DNA of 64,000 nt from Octopus sinensis. Its lineage: Eukaryota. Position 1 is the first letter of the stretch, and each line of letters begins with the position of its first letter. Location: positions 7,811,360 through 7,875,359 of the forward strand of contig NC_043019.1 of assembly GCF_006345805.1 (NCBI RefSeq), in the 5' to 3' direction. Position numbers and translations under genes: made by a program. Below, piece by piece: positions 25,767 to 39,778 of this stretch. The notes under the pieces were generated by a model. That model searched no databases, was not told the DNA's origin, and saw only the letters and a list, made by a program, of their open reading frames with translations.

Positions 25767-25954
25767 CAGAAGGTTGGTGCTGAAAAGTTCCTGGTTTCCA
25801 GAGCATCACTGAAAGTTTTGTTGGATCAAATTCCCGAATTTTTTACAGGGTTTACAAAAATTGAAGGAGCGCTGCTATAAATATGTGAAACTGAGAGGGG
25901 AATATGTTGAATAAAATCGAAATTAACTAGCTCTCTTTTCCCCCAAGCCCTCCG
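25767..25954 (+). mobile_element. Internally deleted mariner element
   Basis: TA at both ends. Imperfect TIRs CAGAAGGTTGGTGCTGAAAAG and CTTTTCCCCCAAGCCCTCCG. 25849-25914 encodes GLQKLKERCYKYVKLRGEYVE*, typical of a mariner transposase C-terminus. Confidence 0.75.
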
Positions 25955-25965
25955 TATATATATAT

Positions 25966-26052
<87 letters not shown>

Positions 26053-26141
26053 TTATTATATATATATTTATATTTTATTTATAAATATATATATACATGT
26101 AGGTATGTATGTATGTATGTATGTATGTATGTATGTATGTA

Positions 26142-26194
<53 letters not shown>

Positions 26195-26889
26195 TATATA
26201 TTGACCTCAACAATTCACTAAAGTACCGTGTTATTCGAGATTTGCTTCTCCCTTTCTAACATTATTCAAGGGTGAATTTCATTTCCTTTCTTTGTGTATA
26301 CCCTATACTTATTTATTTATTGATTCGCTGTTTCTGTCCTATCATCCGCTATATATATTTTTTCTTTGGAGTGTAATGGTAAGTTTTCCATTACCTTTTT
26401 TAATTAATTTGTCATCTTTGTGGCGGTGAGGAAGTCTTTTTTACTCTCCAAGTTCAACGTACGGGAAGCCAGACAATGTTCTTTTATTCCTCAGTGGTTT
26501 CTTAGAATCGCACTTTCCTGGGCTCATGCCAACTATAGTAAATAATCTTGCAGAGAACGTAGAGAGAGCAAGCGTTCCAATGAAATAGCTTTTTTTTTAA
26601 TACACACACGCACACATACACACACGAAAATACATATATAAAAGCTTATATCTATATTCGTATAATATAATCCTATAATATATATATTCATATATACAAT
26701 CATATAATATATGTATATGAATATATATACACATGTAAATATAGATATATATTTATGCACAGACGCACACGTATACACACACTTATATATATATATGTAT
26801 ATTTGTATGTATGTATGTATGATTGATGTCTATTTATCTATATATCGGTGTCGATATCAATATGTGTATTCATATAAGTATAAGCATAA

Positions 26890-26980
26890 ATATATTTATA
26901 CATATTATATATTTATATATATATATATATATATAGATATTATATATATATATATATATATAAATAATATATATATATTT

Positions 26981-27042
<62 letters not shown>

Positions 27043-27090
27043 ATATATGTATTTACATATATGTACATATATATATATACATATATATAT

Positions 27091-27180
<90 letters not shown>
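26890..27180. repeat. (TA)n microsatellite
   Basis: Direct reading. Confidence 0.95.
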
Positions 27181-27199
27181 GATACTAAATGTAATGGTG

Positions 27200-27310
27200 C
27201 ACTTGGAAGTATCAGTACTTATTTATCGGCCCTGAAAATGATTTGAGGCCTCGATGTCGAAAATGATGTCGACTCCTACTGAATTTGAACTGAGAACGTA
27301 GGAGCGGGCG
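27200..27310 (-). mobile_element. SINE family B fragment
   Basis: AGTACTTATTTATCGGCCCTGAAAATGAT..GTCGAC..GAATTTGAACTGAGAACGTA. Confidence 0.65.
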
Positions 27311-27319
27311 ATAATAATA

Positions 27320-27365
<46 letters not shown>

Positions 27366-28151
27366 CATAATAATGATAATAATAACAACAACAACAACAA
27401 CAACAACAACAATAACAATAATAATAATTATAATGATAATAATAATAATAATAATGATAATAATAATAATGATAATGATTAGAAGAAGAAGAAGAAAGAG
27501 AAGAAGAAGAAGAAGAAGAAGAAAAAGAAGAGGGGATGAAGACAAGGGAATAGGTATAAGAATTTGCTCATGAATATACAACAACGAAACGTATTCTTAT
27601 GTTCATTTACGATGATGATGTTGATGGTGAAAGTGATGAAGACGACGAGGACGAAGATGACAGCGACGCCATCAATGACGACAATGTGGATAACGAGGAG
27701 GATGTTGTTGATGTTAATACTAACGTATGATGTGCTGGAAGCTGATGATTATTGCTGTTGTTAAAACAGTGTTTTGCGCGTAAATTCACAGCAGACAAAC
27801 TCAAGACTAGCAACGAACCGTTCAGCTCGTGCCTTCCTTTAAAGATCTGCTGGACTTACAATGGACGGGGTATAATTTAGCTTCGACGTCTGGTGCATGG
27901 GTGGGAATCGATCAGCGGATAATCAATGGTATTGGAGGATTTTTTCTTACGTGCCTAGTTCGATTGTTATCACGATGCCAACGATGACGAAGATGATGAT
28001 TGTGATGATGATGGTGATGGTGATGCTGATGATGGTGATGATGGTGATGTTGGTGTTTGTTATGATCGTGATTATCGTGATCAAAAAGATGCTGATGGTG
28101 ATTGTTAGGATGATGTCGATGATGATGACGACGACAACGACGACGACGGCA

Positions 28152-28184
<33 letters not shown>

Positions 28185-28274
28185 CTGAAGGAGGAAGAAG
28201 TGAAAGCAGGATGAGAAAAGATATGAAGATAAAGAGAAAGAAGAGAACAGGCAAAGTGAGGAAGAAAACAATGA

Positions 28275-28305
<31 letters not shown>

Positions 28306-28445
28306 AGGGAAAGAAAAAGAAGAAGAAGATGAAGGGAAAGAAGAAGAAGAAGAAGAAGAAGAAGACGAAGAAAGAAGAAGAGAAGAGAAGAAAAGAAGAA
28401 GAAAAATTAGAAATATAAGAAGAAAAAGTAGAAGAAGAAAGGAGT
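27310..28445. repeat. Trinucleotide arrays (AAT, AAC, GAA, GAT) with degenerate spacers
   Basis: Direct reading. Confidence 0.9.
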
Positions 28446-28933
28446 AATATATAATATATATATATAATATATATATATATATATTATATATATATATATA
28501 TAGCATCAACCGAAATAAATACATCTATATATCAACAGAACACACATACAAAACAAAGAAGGAAAATACAATCGAAGAATATCTGAAAGAGAGAAAGAAC
28601 AAAGAGATGAAAGACATCAAAGAGAAAACAATGATACATAGGGAATCCTCTCCATATTTATGTTTTTTCCATAAAATATATATTAGCATGTTGGAACCAG
28701 TTGTTAGTCTAAAGCGGCATTCTTTGATAAGGAATGGATTTTCAAATAAGATTTGTACTTAGTAGTATCTGGCATATATCATCCGTTTCTTGGAGTCTCT
28801 GAGAAAATAAGTCCGCCATAATTCCTATTTGCTTTACACAATGAGAGAGAAGATGGAAGAGAGGAGAAAGAGGTTGGGGAGGATGTACTGTGTACGATGT
28901 TATTTGGCAATATACGTGTCGGTGTGTGGCATA

Positions 28934-28989
<56 letters not shown>

Positions 28990-29092
28990 CATATGCATGT
29001 GAGTGTGTGAATGCGTCCGTGTGTTTATTGAAAGGGATGTACTTGTCAGGAAAGAACATTTTGTTATTTATATACGCTGCATTGATATAATA

Positions 29093-29168
<76 letters not shown>

Positions 29169-29885
29169 TTACATATATTTTATATACATACATGCATATA
29201 TACATACATACATAATATATGTATATATACATCTTTAAGAACGTAGATACATGCATTCACATGCGTAAGTACATACATAGGCAAATGGACAGATACAATT
29301 ACATGTGTACACATTATATACATACATGCACAGATGATGATGATGATGATGATAGTGAAGGCACTGAAAAACAATACACACATTCACATACATACATACA
29401 TACATACATACATACAACACAAACAAACAGGCATAAATACATAATAAATACATACAAGAGGGCATACACATGAGAGTGTTTATATATATGTGTTTGTGTG
29501 TACGTGTATATGTGTGTATATGTGTGTGTATATGTGTGTGTATGTGTGTGTATGCATGTATATACATATATACATACATCCACATAGACATATCCCATTT
29601 GTCATTGTTGTGTGTGACTCTATATGTAGTCTAAAAAACTTATCTTTATTACCCAATGTTGTTTTTAGTAAGTAATGTTTTTTACTTACATAGCAAATGC
29701 GTTTCTTTACATATTTGCTTTCTTTCTCCCATACATTTCAAGACAAAGTTCAGTCATGTTCGCAATATTACAAATGTGTGTTTAACGGTCTTTTTCGTCG
29801 CTCACGTGCATTTAGTTACATTCACAAAAACTCCCAAACCTGTAGAAACCAGCGAAGAGATCTCACACACACGCACACACACACA

Positions 29886-29937
<52 letters not shown>

Positions 29938-30355
29938 CCTATATATATATGTAGATATACACACGCAAACGCTCACATGCATAGATGCATACACATGTTA
30001 ATACGTGTGTATGTTTCCTTTCAACGTAGCTATCTTGCCCTCTTTCTCTGTTTCTTTTTCTATATAGACACACTTACGAGATACAAGCATATTCTCTTGT
30101 ATACAATCGTATACAAAAAGAAGAATGATATACACCCTTAGACGTACCTACGCAGACTAACACGCAGGCGCATGCAACCGCGCTGAATCGAGCAGAAAGA
30201 CACCAGGAATCACATTGCTAAAGCCGTGCACTTCTATATAGATATATTATTTATATATTTGTATGCATATATTTGCCTCAATAAATTTTATAAAACATCA
30301 CCAACTCACGCACGTTTGAAATTCATCCATCTTAGGTTATCTTATTGATCTATCC

Positions 30356-30437
<82 letters not shown>

Positions 30438-30899
30438 TTATCTATCTGATTGGATTGTTGACACATTGGTTCTAATAATTTTGGCATATTTCTATGCCTT
30501 TTTCTTTTTGAACATTTTTTGTCGAAGTGGTGTTTAACAACATCTGCTTTGATCTGAGCAAATCCTTCACCGGAACATTCACCCGTTTAGGTAAATTTTC
30601 CAAATTTAAGACATTTTTACTTAGAAAATGGTTAAATTAGAAGAAGAAACCAGCGTTTGTCTGAGTGAATCTTTTCTGCTACCGAAGGTAGGTGAAGGCA
30701 AAAATAACAACATTTCGCTTGCTCACAAACGCATACGCTCGCACAATTGTATGATGCATGCACACACAAGAGCACTAGTCTGCCTGTAGAAGATGTAGAC
30801 AGGGGAATCTTTATGAACAATAACAACAATACTTACTACTACAAACACCGCCTCCACTTCCACCACCACCACCACCACAACAACAATAACAACAAGCAA

Positions 30900-32410
30900 C
30901 ACGAACGAACAGAACAATTTTGCACCAGCTTTAATGCTGAAGAACAAATATCTCTTTTTGGAAAGGAAGAACTGATTGCATGCAAGACAATGCTAAAAAA
31001 TAAAAAAAACAGAGCACATCATGCAACTGCAAACACCTGAAAAGATTATAGAAGATATTAAAAAAACAAAATAACAAATAAAAAATGATCATATACAAAG
31101 CACTTAAGTCAAAAACAAAACGTTTATAACATGCCAACTAGAAAACAGTAGAAAATGTTAAAAAAATTATATCATTCAAGGCAAAGTGTTTGCCACGATT
31201 GAAGTAGGATTCAACACAGAAGTAGGAGCCAAAGAGCCCTCAACGATGTCTTTCGAAAGTGAAGACATCATTATGATCCCTACATACCTTGGCCGTAGGG
31301 TAACTAGAATAAAAATTAAATATCCGCCCCGCTGAGATACAAATAAAATGGCTTGTATTTGCCATCTGCTATGATATCGAGGAGACAATTAACTTACTGG
31401 AAATTACAGTTCTAGAGAATCGGTCAAGGACTGAAACACATTTGAAAATATGCCGCATGTCATCAAACTAGCAGACAGTGCAGATTCCCATGTGGCCGTC
31501 GAAGGCAGAGGGTCACGTTTCTGCCTTTGTGGTAGTTAAAATCACTTGCAAAATAAATGCAAATTAACACAGCAAGAACAACAACAAAATCAAAACAACC
31601 GAAATACAAACCAGCACTGCTAACCACACCGCCAGCAGCAGCACCACTGATAAAACATCTCTATCAGCGAATGAAAGAGCTCCTGCAGCCGACAAGCCAG
31701 CACAAACAAACAACACCACCATCAGCGCCACCAGAATCAGAATCAACATCATCACCATCACCAGCAACAACAACTGTAGAAGTACGAAACCCAGAATAAA
31801 AGAAGGAAAGGACTTACCCCCAATCCCCAAAAAACTATATATGACTTCCCAACAACATCAACAACAACACACTCACAAATCGATTCCAATGTACTTCTCC
31901 TCCCATTTTCTGATTCCTCCGACTTGTCTTCTGATGAAGACGATACTGAAGAATGACAAATGGCCACAGTGGGGAGAAGAAAAAAGGGGAAAGCAGGAAG
32001 AAACGGGCAATCAAACAAAGCGGAGAGATTCACCACTCCAGAGAACCAAACCTACGCACAAAATAAAAGCATCAACGCCAACACGACAAACACAAACACC
32101 AAACGGTCCCAAAATGTTGACCGCGATATACACAAACAATTTGGACCTGATGCAATACATTAGGACAAACACCGCCATAACAGAAGACAACGTTAAAATC
32201 AACAACCACCCAAGCACAACAACACCAAAACACCACATTAAAATCCTGCACATGGCACAAAACAATCTTTCTTTCCACAGGCAACACTATGTCAGTGTTG
32301 TATTTCCCCCGCCCCCCCAAGTCCTTTTTCGATCCGTTTTGATCGATTTCGGAAAAGAAAATTCTACATTGTATTGTCCCGTCTGTGTTAAGCCCTACCT
32401 GACTAAATTA
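30900..32410 (+). mobile_element. Decayed Tx1/L1-type element with ORF1 remnant joined to a 3'UTR and no ORF2
   Basis: Frameshifted ORF1 pieces QGKVFATIEVGF..IPTYLGRRVTRIKI, EIQIKWLV..DIEE and PHVIKLADSADSHVAVEGRGSRFCLCGS*NHLQNKC (VEGR plus CCHC-like knuckle, 31498-31560). A low-complexity tail with ATVGRRKKGK follows. 32265-32410 is homologous to the Tx1 3'UTR and is followed by (TCTA)n. The 5' limit is uncertain. Confidence 0.6.
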
Positions 32411-32445
<35 letters not shown>

Positions 32446-32488
32446 CTTTTTCGATCCGTTTTGATCGATTTCGGAAAAGAAAATTCTA

Positions 32489-32949
32489 GCAAGAATGGCT
32501 GGCACGTATGAATGACGAAGCCACCTTGAGCATAGTCCTATGAACCCAGAAATCGAAAACAGAGAGTTGCTTATTGCAAAAAAAAAAAAAAAAAAAAAAA
32601 AGAAATATAAAATGTGACTTCATTGACCGAGGTTACCGTGGTCTTTTCCGTAGGCTTTTCTTTCCACGGGTAAACCTCACCTGTCCTCCCCTTTACACTT
32701 CATATTGACATTTCTGTGATAACGATCCCTATTGATCATTTTTTTTCCTCTCCCCCCCTTCTTTTTTTTTTTTTTTTTTTTTTTAACCCCCCTTATTTTT
32801 GTCCTCTTCTCTCCTTTTACGATCCTTTTGATCGAACCTCCCCCTTCCCTTTTTTTTTTTTTTTTTTTTTTTTAATACCTTCAAAAGAAAAGCTCTACCT
32901 TGTAATTTGTTCTATCTGTGTGCAGCCCTGTGTGGCTAATAAAGAAACA

Positions 32950-32951
<2 letters not shown>
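32489..32951 (+). mobile_element. 5'-truncated Tx1/L1-type LINE 3' end
   Basis: Near-identical to about 11287-11685 (GGCACGTATGAATGACGAAGCCACCTTGA..AATAAAGAAACATA). Confidence 0.8.
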
Positions 32952-32986
<35 letters not shown>

Positions 32987-33045
32987 GTCTGTCTGTCTGT
33001 CTGTCTATCTATATATCTATCTGTCTGTCTATCTGCCTATCTATA

Positions 33046-33077
<32 letters not shown>

Positions 33078-33078
33078 A

Positions 33079-33112
<34 letters not shown>

Positions 33113-33143
33113 ATATCTGTCTATCTATCTATCTCTCTATCTA

Positions 33144-33190
<47 letters not shown>

Positions 33191-33239
33191 GTCTATCTAT
33201 ATATCTATCTGTTTGTCTATCTGTCTATCTTTCTATCTA

Positions 33240-33322
<83 letters not shown>

Positions 33323-33325
33323 TCG
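32952..33325. repeat. (TCTA)n/(TCTG)n microsatellite
   Basis: Direct reading. Confidence 0.95.
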
Positions 33326-33845
33326 TTAAGACTTTCTTTTTTGTAAATATTTGTGTGTTTATACCGGCCACTTGCTATATATCGTTCTGTTAATAAACAC
33401 ATGCTTTGGATAGGAAACTATTCTGTTATGGATGTACAATTCTATTTTAAAGAACGAAGTCTATCTAAAAATATTCTTCTGAAAAATTCCATTGTAGGAA
33501 CAATGTGCTCAAACCTATAGAATTTGCACAAGTTTCAAAAACAAAAATGAAAATAAAAATTACTAAATTTTTTGGATGGAAAAAAATCAGTGGAATTCTT
33601 CGGCTCCAGGGGATTTTCTGAAGCAAAAGAAAATATCCCAGTAATTGAGAATAAATGAGTTTTATTTCTGGATTGTGCATAATGATTGAGAATAAAGATA
33701 AATTTGCATTCTAATGATTGTCTGTGTATTACAGCTGAAATAGTTAATGTGTGGTTGCACATATCGTTGCACATATCATTGCACAGCGTGGGCGCCTCAT
33801 TAATAGCATGCAGTTTGCAATTTTCAAAACCCGGTAAAATTACAG

Positions 33846-33914
<69 letters not shown>

Positions 33915-33917
33915 GCC

Positions 33918-34262
33918 ATGTTTCAGTCATTTGACTGCGACCATGATGGGGCACCGCCTTTAGTTGAACACCTCGACCCTGGGACTCATTCTTTGTGACC
34001 CTAGTACTTATTCTATCTGACTTTTCTGCCGAACCGCTTAGTTACGGGGGTCGTAAACACACCAACATCGGTTGTCAAGCGATAGTGGCGGGACAAACAG
34101 AGACACACAAACACAGACATATATAAATATACATGCGATGGGCTTCTTTCAGTTTCCATCTACCAAATCCGAGGTTATGGTAGAAGACACTCGTCCAATG
34201 TGCCATGCAGTGGGACTGAATCCGGAACCGTGTGGCTGGGAAGCAAACTTCTTACCACACCC
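33918..34262 (-). mobile_element. SINE family A, near full length
   Basis: TTTCAGTCATTTGACTGCGACCATG..CATCGGTTGTCAAGCG..GGGCTTCTTTCAGTTTCC..GGGAAGCAAACTTCTTACCACAC. Confidence 0.85.
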
Positions 34263-34845
34263 CCATTCCTATGTATGTATATCTGAGGTCATACAATGGC
34301 AGTTTCAAGTGCACACTCTGAATCAGATTACAATGGACTTCTCGAATGACGTATTGACATCGAAATCCAAATTACAATCCCACCATTGTTCCCATTTCTT
34401 CTTGAGATTTCATTACGAACAAAGTGAGGCAGCTTATTTGAGGATAAAGATCTTTCTAGAAATCTGAAATAGTTTAACAAACAAAACGCAAAATGCATGA
34501 ATTAGATACAGATTTACAGCTTAAAATTTTTTTTATTAGCCAAATATTATTGGTAACCGTAAGTGTTACGTGAGAAAACCTGCTCGTTTTATAATGACTT
34601 TTGATTGATAGCAGTTTCTTTTATATAGAACTTTGAAGGGGCCTGGATAGTTGATGTTATCCTTCCTAGTTCATCAGTTATACATAGTCGATGCCGAAAC
34701 AATGTAACACTAATTTGTCCACAGCGGTATTTGAAAACAGCACCTGGAGAAGCGAACAAATTATATTGCATAACTAATTCTAAATTACACACCGGATTAC
34801 ATATTCAACATCAACGCGAAGAAGAGAAACGAAAAAATCAATAGA

Positions 34846-34939
34846 AATAAGATACCAAAGAATAAGATGCCAAAGAAGAGATACCAAAGAATAAGATGCC
34901 AAAGAAGAGATACCAAAGAATAAGATGCCAAAGAATAAG
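34846..34939. repeat. 29-bp minisatellite built of 15+14 bp subunits, about 3 copies
   Basis: GATACCAAAGAATAA-GATGCCAAAGAAGA starts at 34851, 34880 and 34909. Confidence 0.9.
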
Positions 34940-37900
34940 GGATTTTCATGAGAAAGACTTACAAGAATCCTATTCAGTAGCGATGTAATGAAGTGAAGAG
35001 AATTTGCAGTAAATCGCTTGATGTGGTAAAATTAACAGCCAAGTCTTCCTCATATCACACGCACTCTCAAAGACATTATGAAATGACGTAGCTGCTTCCA
35101 TCCTTAGTTATCGTCACCAACTAAGCAGATTTCTTAAAACTTGTGGGTTTTTTTTTTGTTAACAAGAATTATATTTGTATGGCATGGCCTTTATTACAAG
35201 CATGGCTTACTGTGGAATCAAAAAATATTTTCGTGTTAATTTTACATTTTATAAAATATTTTAAACGAAAACTGTGTCTGCGCCGCTTTGTAAAGTTCTA
35301 TTGAGTGTAAATCTATGACGCAACCTATAGTTTCGGAACTGTTATTCTGAATGGTGATCAGCAATGTTAAAAAAAATAAATGGATTACCATTTTTTTGGA
35401 ATGCGTGTGACCACTTGTCTGCTGGAATAGCAAATCCATGGAAATTAACAATGAAACAGCTACAAGTATGAACAAAATTAATTGTTTATCAAAGGGTTCT
35501 CTCAGCCTGGTAGACAAAGCAACGACGTTTCTTTAAAATAACCTCCTGATTTCTTTGGAAACGGATGAGAGTTTTCATAATTCAGTTTACCTGTGAAAAA
35601 AAAAAAGGAAATAAAAACACATACGAGATGTTATTATCTGTAACACCTGTAATCAGAGATTGGATGAGTCACGTAGGATCTGAAATGGGATAATGAAGAA
35701 AAATAACAACAACAACAACAACAACAACGATAAACAACAAACACAACAAACAACAGTAATAATAACAACACGAATAACAACGACATCACCAACAAGAACA
35801 TAGCCAGCGGCAATGTGAGCAATTTCAATTATAAACAAGCTACAAGACTGAATAATCAGAAAATGAATGTCAACAACAACAAGTGACAGAATAAAAAGGA
35901 CAACAACAACAATAAACATAATATGAACAACAACAACAACAACAACACGAAGGGAATTAATAACTAAGAAAAAAGAAGGCAGGCAAAAGTGAAAGCAAGG
36001 GAAAACATTAGCAGAATCAACGACATCCATAATAGAAGAAACATAGAAATGCTTTGGAAGAAAAAAATACACACACAGAGGCAGCAGCAGTAGCCGCAGC
36101 AGCAGCAACAAGCGTAAAGCTAAGAGGAGAGATAATGAAATGGATACAGAGAGTAAAGAATCACAACAAGAATACGTTTGTAGCAGCTGTAACTAGGGAG
36201 AGCAATGAAAGGATTAGTAGCAGTTACAACAACAGCAACAACAACAGTAGCAGCAACAACGACAACAACAGCAGAAGCAACAACAACAACAGCGGTTCTT
36301 GGAGCAAAAACGAAAGGAGTAGTGACTATAACAACGACGTTAGTGGGTACGATATCAAGAAAATATATATCTTGATATCAGTAATATTAGTGACAGAAAC
36401 AACTTAAGTGGTAGTATCGATAGCAACATAGCATCAAGAGTGGTAGGATCGATAGCAACATTAGATATCGTAGGGTTAGAAAAAGTTGCCCTGCCCGACA
36501 ACGGCAATATTAGTGATGCTGACAGAGGCAGCGTTAGGGAGAAGAAGCAAAATGAGGTGTATAGCAACAATAGCAACGGCCTTGTTACGCAGAGTAGAAG
36601 CAATAGCTATATTATAATTTTACCAAATTAGTGATGGTAAAAATAGCAACAACAGCAGTACACATCAAATATCAGTTGTAGTGATCGCAACAACTGCAGT
36701 TGGGGCATCAATAGCAAATCTGTTAGTGCTATTGATAAGCCAAATTGCTGTGAGCGCAAATATCAACATCAGTGCTATCAACAATAAGCGATAGAAATAG
36801 AGAATTCGGCAGCTGTCACAGCAACATTTTACAAACAACAAATTCGACAAAAATGCTAGCATCAATAGAAAAATTTGGTGCATGACACTATCAGCAGCAT
36901 CAGCATGTTTGTTTTTGCTAGCAATGATATTTTTGATGGCAACAGCAACATTAATATTAGCGATGATAATGGTACCAAGAACTGCAACAATATTCGCAGG
37001 AAGAGGAACAGTAGATGAGCAACACCGGTATTAGAAGGAACAATAGCAAAGACAGAAATAATTCTATTAGCAAGAGCAAGAAAATATCTGCAATACAAAG
37101 ATAGAAGCAGCAACAATAAACCAACGTGAAAAACTAAGACCTGAATAGGCGGGGAATCAGTGAAAATATTAACACGAAGACACAAATGTGGAAGTTTTAC
37201 CTGCAAGAAATAATAGCAAATTCACCATGAGGCTAAGTAGCACTGCTCTGAGAATAAAGACACACTGGATGATGTAAAAACACACTGGATGATGTAAATC
37301 TAGAAACATGTCTGGTAATACTCTGGAGGGTCGTATTTGGAAAGTCATTGAAATTTGTCCAATTTCTTCTGAACTCACATGGCTCAACAACATGGTCGAA
37401 AATGACAAGATAACACCCTTATATTTTAAAAGCACATTCTAGTGTTCTAAGGAAGGAAGAACATTGTGTATAATGGACTAAAATACGTAAAATGGAATCG
37501 AATCATCACGTTTAGAATGGTTTCTCTTGCTACTCTTTTGAGGAAGTTAATTTCAGCCGAAACAACAATCACAACTAAGGTAGCAACAATTTTTTTTTTT
37601 TTTTAATCGGTATCAATTTCAGAAATAGAAACAGAATCAACGAAGCATTTCTCAAACACTTCATCACGATTATTAACGGCCAGAAGCGCAAATCCATCAG
37701 AAATATCATTAACGCAACGCACAACACCGGTAACAAAACCATCTGCTATATCCACAACTAATTGTCTTCAAAAAGGAAGAACACGTCATTTAATGAAGAC
37801 ACAGAAAGACGATGGCTAAAGAAAGTACGGGAGAGCTTTGGGTGATCAAGGAAGGGGGATAGATTTACTCATGACTCTGAACACTCAACTGGTGCAACAA

Positions 37901-38135
37901 AAATTAAACAGCAACACATATGTATGCATGTGTGTATGCGTGTGACTATATATATATATATATATATATATATGCGTGTGTGTGTTTGTGTGTTTGTGTG
38001 TGTATGCATGTATATATATATATATATGCACACAAACATACAACCGTCTACAAGTTTAGATATTTATACATGCATACATGCATATAAATATATAAATACC
38101 TATATATATTAGGAACACACGCATACACACACACT

Positions 38136-38170
<35 letters not shown>

Positions 38171-38264
38171 GGAGAGAGAGCGAGAGAGAGAGAGGGGGGA
38201 GAAGCAGAGAGGGCCAGGGATAGATTGATAACAAATATTTAGATAGATGTATAGATAGATGGAT

Positions 38265-38316
38265 AGATAAATAGGTATGTAGATAGATAGACAGGAGAGA
38301 GAGAGAGAGAAGAGAG

Positions 38317-38378
<62 letters not shown>

Positions 38379-38418
38379 CTAAGAGATACATAGATAGAGA
38401 GATAAGAGAATAGATATT

Positions 38419-38508
<90 letters not shown>

Positions 38509-38535
38509 TATAGAGAGATAGTTAGATAGATAGAT
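38265..38535. repeat. (GATA)n/(GA)n microsatellite
   Basis: Direct reading. Confidence 0.95.
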
Positions 38536-39074
38536 TGATAGGTTTTGTTGATTTGCCAGTAAATATTTATATTCAACGTTTATAATAAATGTATATGTAT
38601 AATTATACATATATATGTGTTTGTTTGTTTATGTGTATGTGTCTATGTGTGTATTTACATTCGAACACCTACACTCTCAATAATTTATTCAAATAATATT
38701 GCTATATATACACGCATAAATTTCATTTACATATACTGTTGTGACTCCACAGTGAAAATTCAATGAAGATATACAGTGAAAAATAAAATGTTAATTTAAT
38801 TCTAAAATTCTATACGAAAGTTGTACTAATAAGTTTGTGGTAGCTATTAGTAATTTAGTTACGCAAGAGTCACCTAAGATACCATGTCTTCAGAAGAGAA
38901 ATATTTAAATCAATATTAGAGTTATTAACAATATATGTACGTAAGGAATGAAGTAATCAAATTAAAACATTATGTCGTGTGTAACTGAAACTCTGTGGGC
39001 GTGCTTCTCTCTCTGCGCGTTTGTCCAATCACACATACAAACATAAATGAATACACATATATCTATTATTTGTA

Positions 39075-39286
39075 CCTGTTTACAATCGTTGCATTGCGAC
39101 CACGCTGGGGTAAGGCATTTAGTTGAAAAAAAACCTGGCCCTGTAATTTTTATTAAGTATTATACTTACTCTGCTGAAACACTACGCAGACGTACAGAAA
39201 ACGACACAGGGGGTGGGGACAGACAGACTGACATAAAAAAGAGAAATGCATACATTGTGCGCGCTTACACACACACATACACACAT

Positions 39287-39334
<48 letters not shown>

Positions 39335-39485
39335 TTAACGACGGGCTTCTATGAGTGCCTACCAAATCCTTGCTTCAGCTTTGATTGGCCCGGGGTTATA
39401 GAAAAGCACACAGGCTATAAATTTGCCCAGTAGGGAACAGAAACCGAAAATGTGCGTCGGAAAATAATTATTTACCTCATAAGCA
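39075..39485 (-). mobile_element. SINE family A, diverged, internal (CA)n
   Basis: TGCGACCACGCTGGGG tail, (CA)n, then GACGGGCTTC..TACCAAATCC..GGCCCGGGG head. Confidence 0.65.
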
Positions 39486-39527
39486 TGCTATACACATTCC
39501 TGTGCATCTGAGATGATACATCTTCAG

Positions 39528-39655
39528 GTGCAGTTGCAGCTGTGTGGTAAGAGGCTTGCTTCCCAACCGCATGCTTCCGGGCTCTGTTCCACTACGGGGC
39601 ACCTTGGTCAAGTGTCTTCTACGATATCCTCGGGCCAACCAAATCCTTGTCTTAC
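39528..39655 (+). mobile_element. SINE family A 5' half
   Basis: GCTGTGTGGTAAGAGGCTTGCTTCCCAACC..GGCACCTTGGTCAAGTGTCTTCTAC..CTCGGGCCAACCAAA. Confidence 0.8.
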
Positions 39656-39739
39656 TACGTAGAATTTGTTCTCACAATTAGAATACGCTAGATGGTTGCG
39701 AGCAACACAAACGATAGATAAAAACAGAAAACAAGAAAT

Positions 39740-39778
<39 letters not shown>

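Noticed and set aside
37260-37298. 19-bp direct repeat ACACACTGGATGATGTAAA x2 with a C-box-like core
   Set aside because: Simple tandem duplication; no D box or terminal stem for a snoRNA.
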